Notes: generated by a model not told the origin, from the sequence alone. Numbered from the stretch's first letter, positions 1 through 10,126 are shown. The stretch is 37,007 bases of DNA from a bacterium (GCA_021783915.1 JAJXTI010000003.1:9712-46718), one strand, 5' to 3'. Translations and numbers: made by a program.

Positions 1-1
1 A

Positions 2-739
2 CGTTGTTCTTTTATGACCAATGAAACTGTTTTTATCGACAAGGCGCTTATCCCCCATCATTTGAACTTTGGTAATTTCGCCGTTGCGTGGACAAAAGGT
101 AATTTCGCCGTCTATTTTTTAAATAGCGTTATTTACACGGTGTGTGTCGTTACGGGAATTGTCTTCATTTCATCCCTGGCCGCGTTTGCTTTTTCTCGGT
201 TAAAATTTCCCGGTAAAAACATCATTTTTTATATGTTTGTGGGGGCGATGATGATCCCTTTGCCGGGTTCCTTTGTGGCCCTGTTCGTACTCGTGACTAA
301 ACTGCATTTGGTCAATACCCGTTTCGGCTATATTCTATGCATGATCAATGTCGGGCTTTCCATGAGTATTTTATTATTGAAGACTTTTTTTGATAAAATG
401 CCCCCTGAGCTTGAAGATGCCGCTCGTATCGACGGTTGCGGTAAGTTGGGAATTTGGTGGAACATGGCCATGCCCTTTGCTCGTCCGGCCATTGCGGTCA
501 TCGTGATTTTTAATTCACTTAACGTATGGAATGAGTATATTTTGGCTATGTTACTTTTGGAAGATACTAAATTGATGCCCTTGCAAAGAGGCCTTGTGGT
601 CTTTCAGGGGGCCAACAGTACTGATTATCCGGTTCTGATGGCAGGCCTAACGATGGCAGCTATACCTATCATTTTGATATGCCTGGCCATGCAGAAATAT
701 ATTGTCAAAGGCCTTTCTTCAGGAGAAGTGGTAGGATGA
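2..739 (+). CDS. Carbohydrate ABC transporter permease (MalG-like), 5'-truncated by the window edge
   Basis: Frame is open to the window start. Multiple TM segments, EAA motif 'ELEDAARIDG', and 'WNEYI' and 'QKYIVKGL' signatures. Confidence 0.93.
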   Translation, partial: RCSFMTNETVFIDKALIPHHLNFGNFAVAWTKGNFAVYFLNSVIYTVCVVTGIVFISSLAAFAFSRLKFPGKNIIFYMFVGAMMIPLPGSFVALFVLVTKLHLVNTRFGYILCMINVGLSMSILLLKTFFDKMPPELEDAARIDGCGKLGIWWNMAMPFARPAIAVIVIFNSLNVWNEYILAMLLLEDTKLMPLQRGLVVFQGANSTDYPVLMAGLTMAAIPIILICLAMQKYIVKGLSSGEVVG

Positions 740-3099
740 TGCAAAACCCCCCCATAATGGTAGACAACTTGACAAGGTTGAAGCAATTGGGCTTTTTGCG
801 CGTTTACGTTATTTTATTTGTTTTTTTATTTTTGGGAGCGTCGTACGTACAAGCACAGGATTTTGTTTCCGATCAGGCAAGTTCAAAGAGGGATTCCTCC
901 GAAATTGTTCGTTTATCATGGAAAGCCTCCAGGTCTGGAGATCTCAAGACACTCTCCAGCTTGACTGACGAAATAATTAAGACCTATGGAGATAGGGCCA
1001 AGGCTTTGGCTTCCGAATTAAGCAATTTCCCCCCTCGTAACAAGATTAGCCATTATAAAATCATGTGTGATGTGGCTACTGCTTTGTTTATTAAGGCCGA
1101 GGCTTTAATGCATCAAGGGAAAAAAGAAGAGGCGATCAAGGAGTTTAAGAGTATTATTGCCCAATATCCCGGGTCCCAGTGTTTCGACCCCAGCCGGGGT
1201 GCTTATTGGTCGGTGGCGGAAAAGTCACAGGCCAGTATTGATGTCATGTTAGGAGTTACCGGTCCAATAAAAGAAACTGTTGATTTGAGACCACAAACTA
1301 TGCCTACTTTGGCTTTTCCTGGTAAAGAAAAAGAGGTGGATTACACTAAGTATGGCAATTTTCTTAATGTAGGAACCAGGGATTATCATTATCAAATTAC
1401 CGACCGAAAAGGGCTCATCGCCGCTTTAGGTGAGGGTATTTATCCTAATATATCAGATGTTTATGAAGATCCACAATATAAGAAAGCATTGAAAGAAGGG
1501 CGTTTAAAGGGAAGTCACTGGGATTTTATTAACACCCCAGACTTGCAAGCTGCTTTATATAAATGGATTACTGCCCCTGAGTCTTGGGGGGTACGTTTGT
1601 TTTATATGGGTATTGTTTTTGAAAAGGCCAAAATGTATTATGAGGCCATTAAATGTTACCATGCGGCCATTGTGCAATTTCCAGGGACTTTAGCTTGGAC
1701 GTATTGGCATACACCGTGGTTCCCATCTCAGGCCGCGATTGCTAAAATCCATTACATCATTCGCACACACCCTGAACTTAAACTAGAATTTAAAGGGGCA
1801 AAAATTAAAATTCTCAATTTTTTTGATAATGACCCTTCCAATAAAATTCCAGTTACAAATCCAGGAGAAATCCGACAGCTTGATAGTGTTGAACTTGCCA
1901 AGGAAGCTTCAGATGTAGAAAAACAAAAGAATCTTTTAGGAGAACCAGTTAAAAGTTTAGGGCATGGGGTTGTCCATTTTGTCAAATATGCCAACGGCCA
2001 TTGGCAGCTTATTGTCGATAATAAACCTTTTCTCATTAAAGGCGTTACTTATACGCCGACGAAGGTCGGACAAAGTCCCGATGATGGTACGTTGGCTAAT
2101 TGGATGGATGACGACCCTAATCCTGCCTATACGGCTTGGGTCGATAAAAATGGTAACGGTAAACAGGACCCTGATGAACCTAACGTGGGTGATTTTACTC
2201 TTATGAAGGAAATGGGAGTAAACACCCTTCGTATTTACTATAATCCTATTAAACCTAAAAAAGAATTTTTAAGAAAAATGTATAAAGATTATGGTTTTAT
2301 GGTTTTAATGGGCAATCTTATTGGTAAGTATGCGGTTGGTTCCGGCGCTTCCTGGTCAGATGGGACCGATTATGAGAACCCTGAGCAACAGAAAAATATG
2401 ATGGAGTCTGTCAAGCGTATGGTCATGGAATTTAAAGATGAACCTTATATTTTGATGTGGCTGTTAGGTAATGAAAATAATTATGGGGTGGCATCCAATG
2501 CTGATAAAAAGCCTGATGCTTATTATAAATTTGTTAATGATGTCGCCAAAATGATTAAATCGATTGATCCAAACCACCCCGTTGCTATTTGTAATGGGGA
2601 CACTTTATTTTTAGATAAATTTGCTAAATATGCACCTGATGTGGATGCGTATGGTGCCAATGTTTATCGTGGGGATTATGGATTTGGTTCTTTTTGGCAG
2701 GAAGTGGCGGAATTGACAGATAAACCGGCTTTTATTACTGAATATGGGGCCCCATCTTACAGTGGGCCTGGTATGAGCACGCAAGAAGCCCAGGACGCAC
2801 AGGCTGCTTATCATAAAGGTAACTGGTTGGACATACTTTACAATAGTGCAGGCTACGCCAACGGAGAAGGTAACGCCGTTGGTGGAGTTGCTTTTGAGTG
2901 GTTAGATGAGTGGTGGAAGAATTATGAGCCTGCAATTCATAATACTAATGTTGATGTAGTGGGTCCTTTTGCTGGCGGTTATTATTATGAGGAATGGTTT
3001 GGTTTATTTGGCCAGGGAGACGGTAGGGATAGCCCATACTTGCGCGAACCCAGGAAAGTATATTATACTTATAAAGAACTCTGGAACTCCAAGGAGTAG
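736..3099 (+). CDS. Secreted or membrane-anchored clan GH-A glycoside hydrolase (GH2-like/GH158-like TIM barrel) with N-terminal TPR-like helical modules
   Basis: Start is probably ATG 736 or 739, overlapping the permease TGA (the ORF track starts at 679). Hydrophobic N-terminal segment ending 'VQA-QD'. 'WLLGNENNY' (acid/base Glu), 'ITEYG' (nucleophile Glu), 'FEWLDEWWK'. DxNxNG Ca-binding-like loop 'DKNGNGKQD'. Confidence 0.8.
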   Translation: MMQNPPIMVDNLTRLKQLGFLRVYVILFVFLFLGASYVQAQDFVSDQASSKRDSSEIVRLSWKASRSGDLKTLSSLTDEIIKTYGDRAKALASELSNFPPRNKISHYKIMCDVATALFIKAEALMHQGKKEEAIKEFKSIIAQYPGSQCFDPSRGAYWSVAEKSQASIDVMLGVTGPIKETVDLRPQTMPTLAFPGKEKEVDYTKYGNFLNVGTRDYHYQITDRKGLIAALGEGIYPNISDVYEDPQYKKALKEGRLKGSHWDFINTPDLQAALYKWITAPESWGVRLFYMGIVFEKAKMYYEAIKCYHAAIVQFPGTLAWTYWHTPWFPSQAAIAKIHYIIRTHPELKLEFKGAKIKILNFFDNDPSNKIPVTNPGEIRQLDSVELAKEASDVEKQKNLLGEPVKSLGHGVVHFVKYANGHWQLIVDNKPFLIKGVTYTPTKVGQSPDDGTLANWMDDDPNPAYTAWVDKNGNGKQDPDEPNVGDFTLMKEMGVNTLRIYYNPIKPKKEFLRKMYKDYGFMVLMGNLIGKYAVGSGASWSDGTDYENPEQQKNMMESVKRMVMEFKDEPYILMWLLGNENNYGVASNADKKPDAYYKFVNDVAKMIKSIDPNHPVAICNGDTLFLDKFAKYAPDVDAYGANVYRGDYGFGSFWQEVAELTDKPAFITEYGAPSYSGPGMSTQEAQDAQAAYHKGNWLDILYNSAGYANGEGNAVGGVAFEWLDEWWKNYEPAIHNTNVDVVGPFAGGYYYEEWFGLFGQGDGRDSPYLREPRKVYYTYKELWNSKE

Positions 3100-3163
3100 T
3101 CTTTTTTTCTTGTCTAGAGGGGACATAAATTTGTTTAACATAATTAGTTCAAGGGAGGTTCGT

Positions 3164-4150
3164 ATGAAGAAGTTGTTAGGATTTTTTTTGATTTTAGTGA
3201 TGACCCCTGTGGTTTATGCTGAGGACAATGTCCAACCAGAAGCACAGGCCAGTACCCAAGTGCAGGTTGCACAACCGTTGCCGGCAGATCAGCCGCAAGT
3301 ACAGGGAGATCAGTCTTCAGGTCCGTCAGACCAGCCTCAAGCGCAAGGACCGAAAGCCCAAGCGTACAATTTTGGGGACTATCGTTCCTCAACTTTAGTA
3401 TCGAAAGCATGGGGTGCTCTTGATAAAAATGACATTGAAGCGGTCTTAGCTTACACTAACAAATGTATCGAGCTTTACGCTGAAAAAGCCCGACAAATGC
3501 AAACCAGTCTTAAGGATTATGTTACGGGAAGCAATGATGATATCTTTAAATATTGGGCTCTTAATGATGTGGCGACTAGTTACTATATTCAAGGAGAAGC
3601 CTATCGTAAAGCCAATATGAAAGATGAAAGTAAAGAAGCTTTTAATAAACTCATTAAAGATTTTTCTTTTGGTCAATGCTGGGACATCAAAGGCTGGTTC
3701 TGGAAACCGGCTGAAGCGGCCAAAGAAAAATTGGCCATGATCAAATCCGGGGTCAACATTGATTTCGGTGATTATTCTTCTAGCCAATTAGTACAAAAAG
3801 CCTGGGCAGCCTTGGCCGCCAATGATTTAAATGCGGTGATTGCCTATGTCAATAAAACTACGGATCTTTATTCTGCTAAAGCCAAAGAAATGCAGGCTTC
3901 TTTGAAAGAATATCCTTGGGAATCCAAAGAAAAAACGATGAGCTACTGGGCTCTTAATGATGTGGGGACGGCCCTTTTTATCCTAGGTGAAGCCTACCGT
4001 AACGCCGGTAATAAAGGAGAAGCTGCTAAAGCCTATAAGCAACTGATCGACCAGTATTTTTATGCTCAATGTTGGGATCCACAAGGTTGGTTCTGGAAAC
4101 CTGCAGAAGCTGCTCAACAAAAATTGGGTGAAATGGAAAACGCCACCTAA
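3164..4150 (+). CDS. Secreted protein with two tandem ~125-aa TPR-like helical repeats
   Basis: SD GGGAGG at 3153-3158 before ATG 3164. Signal peptide MKKLLGFFLILVMTPVVYA, then a Q/P-rich linker. Two copies of FGDY.SS..V.KAW...YWALNDV...GEAYR...QCWD..GWFWKPAEAA..KL. Confidence 0.85.
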   Translation: MKKLLGFFLILVMTPVVYAEDNVQPEAQASTQVQVAQPLPADQPQVQGDQSSGPSDQPQAQGPKAQAYNFGDYRSSTLVSKAWGALDKNDIEAVLAYTNKCIELYAEKARQMQTSLKDYVTGSNDDIFKYWALNDVATSYYIQGEAYRKANMKDESKEAFNKLIKDFSFGQCWDIKGWFWKPAEAAKEKLAMIKSGVNIDFGDYSSSQLVQKAWAALAANDLNAVIAYVNKTTDLYSAKAKEMQASLKEYPWESKEKTMSYWALNDVGTALFILGEAYRNAGNKGEAAKAYKQLIDQYFYAQCWDPQGWFWKPAEAAQQKLGEMENAT

Positions 4151-4173
4151 TTTAATTATTTATCTTTTTAATG

Positions 4174-4218
4174 TTTTGATCTCTTTACCCCCAATCTGTT
4201 GGGGTAAAGAGATCAAAA
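4174..4218. terminator. 18-bp perfect inverted repeat (terminator or mRNA-stabilising hairpin)
   Basis: TTTTGATCTCTTTACCCC (4174-4191) pairs with GGGGTAAAGAGATCAAAA (4201-4218), with a 9-nt loop, just after the stop at 4150. Confidence 0.7.
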
Positions 4219-4237
4219 GAGTTTTAGAAGTTTTTCT

Positions 4238-4840
4238 ATGAAATTTATTTATTTTTTATTTTGTGCATTTTTTGTCGTGCCGGTTTTAGCTCAGGCCCAA
4301 ACTAACGAAAATAAACCCTTTCCGAAATTTATCGTCTACCAAGATAAAGGGTCCCTTAATCGTTATACTCCTTCAGGTTACATGCCTACAGGAGAGTGTA
4401 TTAAAATGAATGACGGCTGGCAACAGGATTGTCACGAAGGTAAGACCTGTATTAAAGTCATATACGACGTAACTTGTTCTGCCAAAAGTCGACATTGGGC
4501 AGGGGTCTATTGGCTTAATCCTGCAGATAATTGGGGAGACAAAAAAGGCGGTTATAATTTGACTGGCGCTACAAAATTAGTTTTTTGGGCCAAGGGAGAA
4601 AAAGGCGGTGAACAGATTGCCGAATTTAAAGTTGGAGGGGTAGGACAAAATCAAGACTATCCCGACTCAGATACGGCATCCATTGGTCCAGTCATCCTTT
4701 CTAAAAATTGGCGGAAATATTCTATCGACTTGCGTGGCAAAGATTTATCTTATATTAGTGGTGGTTTTGCATGGATAGCCAATGTGGATAACAATCCTGA
4801 TTCCTGCACCTTTTTTCTCGACGACATTCATTTTGAATAG
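4238..4840 (+). CDS. Secreted carbohydrate-binding-module-like protein (galactose-binding-domain-like beta sandwich)
   Basis: Signal peptide ending 'AQA'. Trp/Gly-rich motifs 'WAGVYW', 'YNLTGATKLVFWAKG', 'W.KYSIDL' and C-terminal 'FFLDDIHFE', typical of CBM11/CIA30-like jelly rolls. Confidence 0.65.
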   Translation: MKFIYFLFCAFFVVPVLAQAQTNENKPFPKFIVYQDKGSLNRYTPSGYMPTGECIKMNDGWQQDCHEGKTCIKVIYDVTCSAKSRHWAGVYWLNPADNWGDKKGGYNLTGATKLVFWAKGEKGGEQIAEFKVGGVGQNQDYPDSDTASIGPVILSKNWRKYSIDLRGKDLSYISGGFAWIANVDNNPDSCTFFLDDIHFE

Positions 4841-4927
4841 ACTCTTAAGAAAATCATAAAATTTCTTGTGTTGCTTTAATACCTTTGTTATATTTAATAT
4901 TAAATAAAACCTTTTTTTGGAGGCGTT

Positions 4928-6256
4928 ATGTCCCAAGCAATCCAGCGTGGTATTATAATTTTAACGGTTCTGTTAGTGGCTGCTATTGGGATTGCTGTGT
5001 TTGCCCTATATCAAAAGAAAGTGATTGAAGAAAGAAATTTAAGCCTCCAAGATGAACTTACCGATGTGAAAGGTAAACAAGAAAAAGCTCTTGCCGATTC
5101 TAAGAAATATCAACAAGACATTGCTGATCTGAAGAAGAGTCTTACGGATAAAGGTAGGGAAAATGACCAATTACAAAGTTCTTTGGACGATTTAAAAAAG
5201 AAAGCGGATGATTTAACAAGTCAAATCAATCAAGCCAATCAAGAACGTGATGATTGGAAGAATCGTCTGGAGACAGTTCGTAAAGAACGTGACCAGTTGA
5301 TGACCAAATTGCAACATCAACCTGTGAAAATTGTTTACAAGGAGAAACCTGTTCAGCTAAAATCTGAAGATACGTCTTTAACTTCCGTTGTGCCTGCTGC
5401 TACTCCAGCAACAGGGGATCCGTATTGGGCTGGTATTCTTAAACAAAAGGCCGAACTCGAAGTACAATTAGATAAAGCCAAATCAGACTTGGATGCTGCT
5501 GGTTTACAGGTCGCTGACTTAAGGAAACAAAATTCTGATTTACAACTCCAAATCAAAAGTTTGAATAATGATAAATTAGAGGTGGAACGTCGTTTGACTA
5601 ATGAAAAGAAAATGATGGCTGATAATTTCGATAAAGAAATACAAGACTTGCAACGTAAAGTGAAAGATGGAGACGATTTAGCTAGTAATTTATCTATGGA
5701 AGCGGCCCGCGCCCGGTCAGATCAAAAAGTTGCCAATGATTTTGTAACTAAGGTCAAAGAGGACAACAATCAGTTACAGTCTGATGTAAGACAGTTGGTA
5801 TCGACCAAACTTGCGCTTGAAAAAACAGTAGCACGTTTGAAACAAGAAAAAGATGATATGAGTAAAAAACTGGCAGATACAGAAGGGGTCATACAAGATC
5901 GTATTAATGAAATTTGGCAGATTAAACAAAATCTTGATCAAAAGATTTCTCAAATTAAACAAGTCAAAAACAATAAAGAAATAGAGTTGCCTCCGATTGT
6001 TGTCAACGCTTCAGGTAATGACCAATCTCAAACTCAAGCCCGGGCCCATAAGATCATTAGCATTAACGAGAAAAATAATTTTGTAATCATTGACTGGGGT
6101 GAAGCTCAAGGCAGCAGCATAGGACGAGTTCTCAAAGTTTATCGTGATGGTAGTGAAATTGCCCTTCTACAGGTAATTCAAGTGCGTCGCGACATTTCCG
6201 CAGCTGATATTAAGGATCAAAAGGCCAAGTTACAAATTGGCGACCAGGTTCGATGA
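4928..6256 (+). CDS. Single-TM-anchored long coiled-coil protein with a small C-terminal beta domain
   Basis: SD GGAGG upstream. N-terminal TM helix, about 300 aa of heptad-like K/E/Q/L-rich sequence, and a C-terminal 'NFVIIDWG...G...KVYRDG...LQIGDQVR' beta-rich domain. Confidence 0.8.
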   Translation: MSQAIQRGIIILTVLLVAAIGIAVFALYQKKVIEERNLSLQDELTDVKGKQEKALADSKKYQQDIADLKKSLTDKGRENDQLQSSLDDLKKKADDLTSQINQANQERDDWKNRLETVRKERDQLMTKLQHQPVKIVYKEKPVQLKSEDTSLTSVVPAATPATGDPYWAGILKQKAELEVQLDKAKSDLDAAGLQVADLRKQNSDLQLQIKSLNNDKLEVERRLTNEKKMMADNFDKEIQDLQRKVKDGDDLASNLSMEAARARSDQKVANDFVTKVKEDNNQLQSDVRQLVSTKLALEKTVARLKQEKDDMSKKLADTEGVIQDRINEIWQIKQNLDQKISQIKQVKNNKEIELPPIVVNASGNDQSQTQARAHKIISINEKNNFVIIDWGEAQGSSIGRVLKVYRDGSEIALLQVIQVRRDISAADIKDQKAKLQIGDQVR

Positions 6257-7263
6257 AAGCTTCCAAGAAAGTCAGCATTACTGATGTAGCCCAAAAGGCC
6301 AATGTATCAATCACTACTGTTTCTCGCGTTATCAATAAAGTTCCTACCGTTGATAAGAAAATAGTCGCGAGAGTCGAAGAAGCGATTGCTGCATTGAAAT
6401 TCAGGCCTAACCCTACAGCTCAGCGTTTAGCTAGAGGGGGCATGGGTACTGCAGTAGGGTTTGTTATCCCAGGATTTCCGGGTATTTTCCATTCTTTTTA
6501 TGCCGTAGAGTTGATGCGCGGGATCGGCCATGGTTGTGAGACTTCCCACCTGGATTTAATTTTTTACATCACTGACGGGAAAAATCCTTTACGTTCAAGC
6601 TACGCTGGCGGGCTTATTTTTGCAGACATTATTGAAAATCGTTCCCAGGTGGAGGATGCTTTATCCGATGGCACGCCATGTTTGGTTATTAATCATTTGG
6701 TCAAAGATTTAGGAGTCAGTTATATTGCTGTTGATAATGTTAAAGGAGGCATGATTGCTGCGGAGTATTTGATTAGTTTAGGCCATAAACGTGTTGCCAC
6801 AGTTACCGGCAATATGCAAACACAAGCTGGCATGGACAGATATGAAGGATTTCAAAAGACCTTGATGAAAAACGGTATTGCTTTTGAACCGGAGTATTTT
6901 TATAAAGGGGATTATTCCAGACGATCTGCAAGGGACGCTGCCGGGCACTTTTTTTCTTTAGATAATCCACCCACTGCCATTTTTGCCGCTAGCGACGATA
7001 TGGCCTTGGAAATCATATCAGTGGCCCATGAAAATGGTATAAAAGTCCCTGAGGATATTTCTGTTATCGGGTTTGATGATAACCCTGCCGGTATTTTTGG
7101 TGCGGTGGCCCTAACGACAATAAAACAACCTTTGTTTGCCATGGGGGAAGAAGCAGTCAACATTATTTATGAAATTATGCAAGGCAAGCTAACTGGTTTA
7201 GTCCAGAAAGTTCTGGAACCCAATTTAATCATCCGCGAATCCTGTGCCCCTCCATCTTCATAA
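6253..7263 (+). CDS. LacI-family transcriptional regulator
   Basis: HTH 'SITDVAQKANVSITTVSRVIN', then 'PEDISVIGFDD', 'LTTIKQP', 'IIRES'. ATGA overlap with the upstream gene. Confidence 0.96.
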   Translation: MKASKKVSITDVAQKANVSITTVSRVINKVPTVDKKIVARVEEAIAALKFRPNPTAQRLARGGMGTAVGFVIPGFPGIFHSFYAVELMRGIGHGCETSHLDLIFYITDGKNPLRSSYAGGLIFADIIENRSQVEDALSDGTPCLVINHLVKDLGVSYIAVDNVKGGMIAAEYLISLGHKRVATVTGNMQTQAGMDRYEGFQKTLMKNGIAFEPEYFYKGDYSRRSARDAAGHFFSLDNPPTAIFAASDDMALEIISVAHENGIKVPEDISVIGFDDNPAGIFGAVALTTIKQPLFAMGEEAVNIIYEIMQGKLTGLVQKVLEPNLIIRESCAPPSS

Positions 7264-7287
7264 ATCTTTCTATCGACGCGTAAACAT

Positions 7288-7316
7288 TTGACAATTCAAC
7301 ACTTTCGTTGTAAATT
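7288..7316 (+). promoter_or_regulatory. Sigma70-type promoter for mnmG-cysK
   Basis: TTGACA (7288-7293), 17-bp spacer, TAAATT (7311-7316). Confidence 0.65.
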
Positions 7317-7325
7317 CTTTCGTCT

Positions 7326-9197
7326 ATGAATTCTTTTGATTGCGTCATTATAGGTGGCGGACACGCCGGGGTTGAAGCTGCTTTGGCCAGTGCGCGTATG
7401 GGGGCTAAGACGCTCATGGTGACCTTGTCTTTTGAAACTATTGGCCAGATGAGCTGCAACCCTGCGATTGGCGGGGTAGGCAAGGGCCAATTGGTCAAAG
7501 AAATCGATGCTTTAGGAGGTGAAATGGGCCTTGCGGCTGACCGTACAGGCATTCAATTTCGCCAACTCAATGCTTCTAAAGGCCAAGCTGTTCGTTCTTC
7601 CCGCTGCCAAAGCGACCGCAAACAATATAAATTGTATATGCAGTCAGTGGTGCGCCAACAATCGAATTTATATATTAAAGAAGATAAGGTTCGAGAGATT
7701 TTAGTTGCCTGTGGGCATGTAGCAGGCATCAAAACAGCCGATGGAAACGCCATTGCTACAAAAGCTTTAGTTATCACCACAGGAACATTTTTAAACGGTC
7801 GTATACATATGGGCACTCACATTACCCCTGGCGGTCGTATTGGCGAACAGGCTTCCAACCGCCTAGCTGATTCTATACGTGCTTTGGGTTTTACCGTACG
7901 TATGTTTAAGACCGGGACACCTCCTCGATTAGACGGACGTACCATTGATTTTACGGATTTAGAACGACAGGACTCCGATAATCCACTGGTACCGTTTTCT
8001 TTTCGCACAGCTTTTATTCCCAAAGAACAAAAATTACTACCATGCCATATCACACGCACGACCAAAAAGACCCACGATATTATTCGTGCCAATTTTCACC
8101 TCTCGCCTATGTATTCAGGTCAGATTCAGGCTACCGGCGTGCGTTATTGTCCCTCTATCGAGGATAAATTAAAGAAATTTGCCGATAAGGACACTCATCA
8201 TGTTTTTCTGGAACCAGAAGGGCTGGGGACTTTTGAATATTACCCTAATGGGATCTCAACCGGCTTACCAGCGCATGTGCAAGAGGCGATGGTGCATTCT
8301 ATCCCAGGTCTGGAGAAAGCAATTATTGTCCGTCCTGGCTATTCCATTGAGCATGGTGTTATTGATGCGACAGATTTAAAATCCACCCTTGAAGCGAAGA
8401 AAGTCAAAGGTCTGTTTATGGCCGGACAAATCAATGGGACAACCGGTTATGAAGAGGCTGGGGCTCAAGGGCTCGTGGCTGGAATCAATGCGGCACTTTC
8501 TGCCAAAGACAAGGAGCCGTTTGTTTTGGGACGGCAATCGTATGTTGGCGTGCTGATAGATGATTTAGTTACTAAAGGCACTGAAGAACCTTATCGCATG
8601 TTCACCTCGCGTGTAGAGTATCGTTTAATTGTACGCGAAGATAATGCAGATAAGCGTTTGTCTGGGTTGGGCCATCGGCTGGGGTTGCTTTGCGATGAGG
8701 ACTATATGAAAGTCCAAAGTAAATATGAAATGATTGAGCGTGAGATTGAACACTTGCGTCATACGAAAATCAATCCCGGCACGGAATTAGATAAAATTTT
8801 GGAAGAGAATGATTCAAGCCCTTTGCGTCAGCCGACAAGTTTATATGAACTTTTAAAGAGACCGCAGGTCAGTTACCAGATGATTGCTTCTTTTGACGGT
8901 ACGTTAAAAGACCAAGGCCCACAGGTGATAGCTCAGGTTGAATACGAGATAAAGTATGAAGGCTTTATCAACCGTCAGAATAAAGATGTAGAGAAATTCA
9001 AGCACATCGAGCATATCCGGATCCCACAGACAATGAATTTTGACCAAATTCCAGGGCTTTCTAAAGAAAGTTGTGAAAAATTTAAGAAATTCTCGCCGAT
9101 GACCTTAGGCCAGGCTAACCGTATTTCAGGAGTGACCCCGGCGGCGATCACGTTAATGATGGTTTATTTGAGAAAATCAAAGGAGGCAGATAAATGA
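7326..9197 (+). CDS. mnmG: tRNA uridine-5-carboxymethylaminomethyl modification enzyme MnmG (GidA)
   Basis: '[12 protein letters not shown]', 'MSCNPAIGG', 'FKTGTPPR', 'RYCPSIEDK', '[13 protein letters not shown]', 'EPYRMFTSR'. Confidence 0.98.
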   Translation: MNSFDCVIIGGGHAGVEAALASARMGAKTLMVTLSFETIGQMSCNPAIGGVGKGQLVKEIDALGGEMGLAADRTGIQFRQLNASKGQAVRSSRCQSDRKQYKLYMQSVVRQQSNLYIKEDKVREILVACGHVAGIKTADGNAIATKALVITTGTFLNGRIHMGTHITPGGRIGEQASNRLADSIRALGFTVRMFKTGTPPRLDGRTIDFTDLERQDSDNPLVPFSFRTAFIPKEQKLLPCHITRTTKKTHDIIRANFHLSPMYSGQIQATGVRYCPSIEDKLKKFADKDTHHVFLEPEGLGTFEYYPNGISTGLPAHVQEAMVHSIPGLEKAIIVRPGYSIEHGVIDATDLKSTLEAKKVKGLFMAGQINGTTGYEEAGAQGLVAGINAALSAKDKEPFVLGRQSYVGVLIDDLVTKGTEEPYRMFTSRVEYRLIVREDNADKRLSGLGHRLGLLCDEDYMKVQSKYEMIEREIEHLRHTKINPGTELDKILEENDSSPLRQPTSLYELLKRPQVSYQMIASFDGTLKDQGPQVIAQVEYEIKYEGFINRQNKDVEKFKHIEHIRIPQTMNFDQIPGLSKESCEKFKKFSPMTLGQANRISGVTPAAITLMMVYLRKSKEADK

Positions 9198-10126
9198 GAA
9201 TCGCAAACGACATCACAGAGTTAATCGGCAATACGCCACTAGTTAAAATCAACAAAGTCACCAAAGATTGCCAAGCGACCATTGTCGGTAAATTGGAATT
9301 TTATAATCCACTGGGTTCGGTCAAAGACCGCATTGGTTTTAATATGATCAGGGCTGCCGAGAAGACGGGAAAAATCAAGAAGGATACGGTTATCGTTGAG
9401 CCGACTTCCGGCAACACCGGTATTGCTTTGGCTTTTGTTTGCGCCGTCAAAGGGTATAAACTGCTTTTGACCATGCCTGAGACGATGTCTTTGGAACGAC
9501 GGGCTCTTTTAAAAGCTTTAGGGGCTGAACTAATTCTGACTCCAGGACCGGAAGGAATGAAGGGGGCCATCAAAAAAGCTAAAGAATTGTCTGAGAGTGA
9601 TGCTAAATATTTTATGCCTCAGCAATTCGACAATCCGGCAAATCCGGAGATTCACCGTCTGACTACAGCTGAGGAAATTTGGCGTGATACCGATGGGAAA
9701 GTTGATGTCTTTATCTCAGGGGTAGGTACTGGCGGGACCATCACAGGTGTGGCCCAAGTCATTAAATCTCGTAAACCTTCTTTTAAGGCCATTGCTATTG
9801 AGCCTAAGGGTTCACCTGTTCTGTCCGGTGGCCAACCTGGCCCTCATAAAATTCAAGGGCTTGGCGCTGGTTTTATTCCTAGTATCGTAGATATGAAACT
9901 CATTGATGAGGTCGTTCAGGTAGATAATGACGAGGCTTTTGCTATGGCCAAACGTTTGATTCGGGAGGAAGGTATCCTCTGTGGTATTTCCTCAGGGGCT
10001 GCCGTCCACGCCGCTATCCAAGTAGGCAAACGCCCTGAGAACAAAGGTAAATTAATTGTGGCCATCCTTCCATCGACTGGCGAACGTTATTTATCCACTG
10101 ATTTGTTCGCTGAATACAGAAGTTAA
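9194..10126 (+). CDS. cysK: Cysteine synthase A
   Basis: '[10 protein letters not shown]' (PLP Lys), 'EPTSGNTG', 'QQFDNPAN', 'GVGTGGT', 'HKIQG', 'GERYLST'. Confidence 0.97.
   Translation: MRIANDITELIGNTPLVKINKVTKDCQATIVGKLEFYNPLGSVKDRIGFNMIRAAEKTGKIKKDTVIVEPTSGNTGIALAFVCAVKGYKLLLTMPETMSLERRALLKALGAELILTPGPEGMKGAIKKAKELSESDAKYFMPQQFDNPANPEIHRLTTAEEIWRDTDGKVDVFISGVGTGGTITGVAQVIKSRKPSFKAIAIEPKGSPVLSGGQPGPHKIQGLGAGFIPSIVDMKLIDEVVQVDNDEAFAMAKRLIREEGILCGISSGAAVHAAIQVGKRPENKGKLIVAILPSTGERYLSTDLFAEYRS

Noticed and set aside
71-111. 14-bp direct repeat GGTAATTTCGCCGT (71-84, 98-111)
   Set aside because: Only two copies, in frame within the permease (GNFAV twice); not an array.
679-735. ORF-track start at 679 for the hydrolase
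   Set aside because: Overlaps the permease by 61 nt; ATG 736/739 coupled to the stop codon is more plausible.
2969-3163. N-terminal extension of the 393-aa ORF
   Set aside because: Overlaps the hydrolase; the SD and signal peptide point to ATG 3164.
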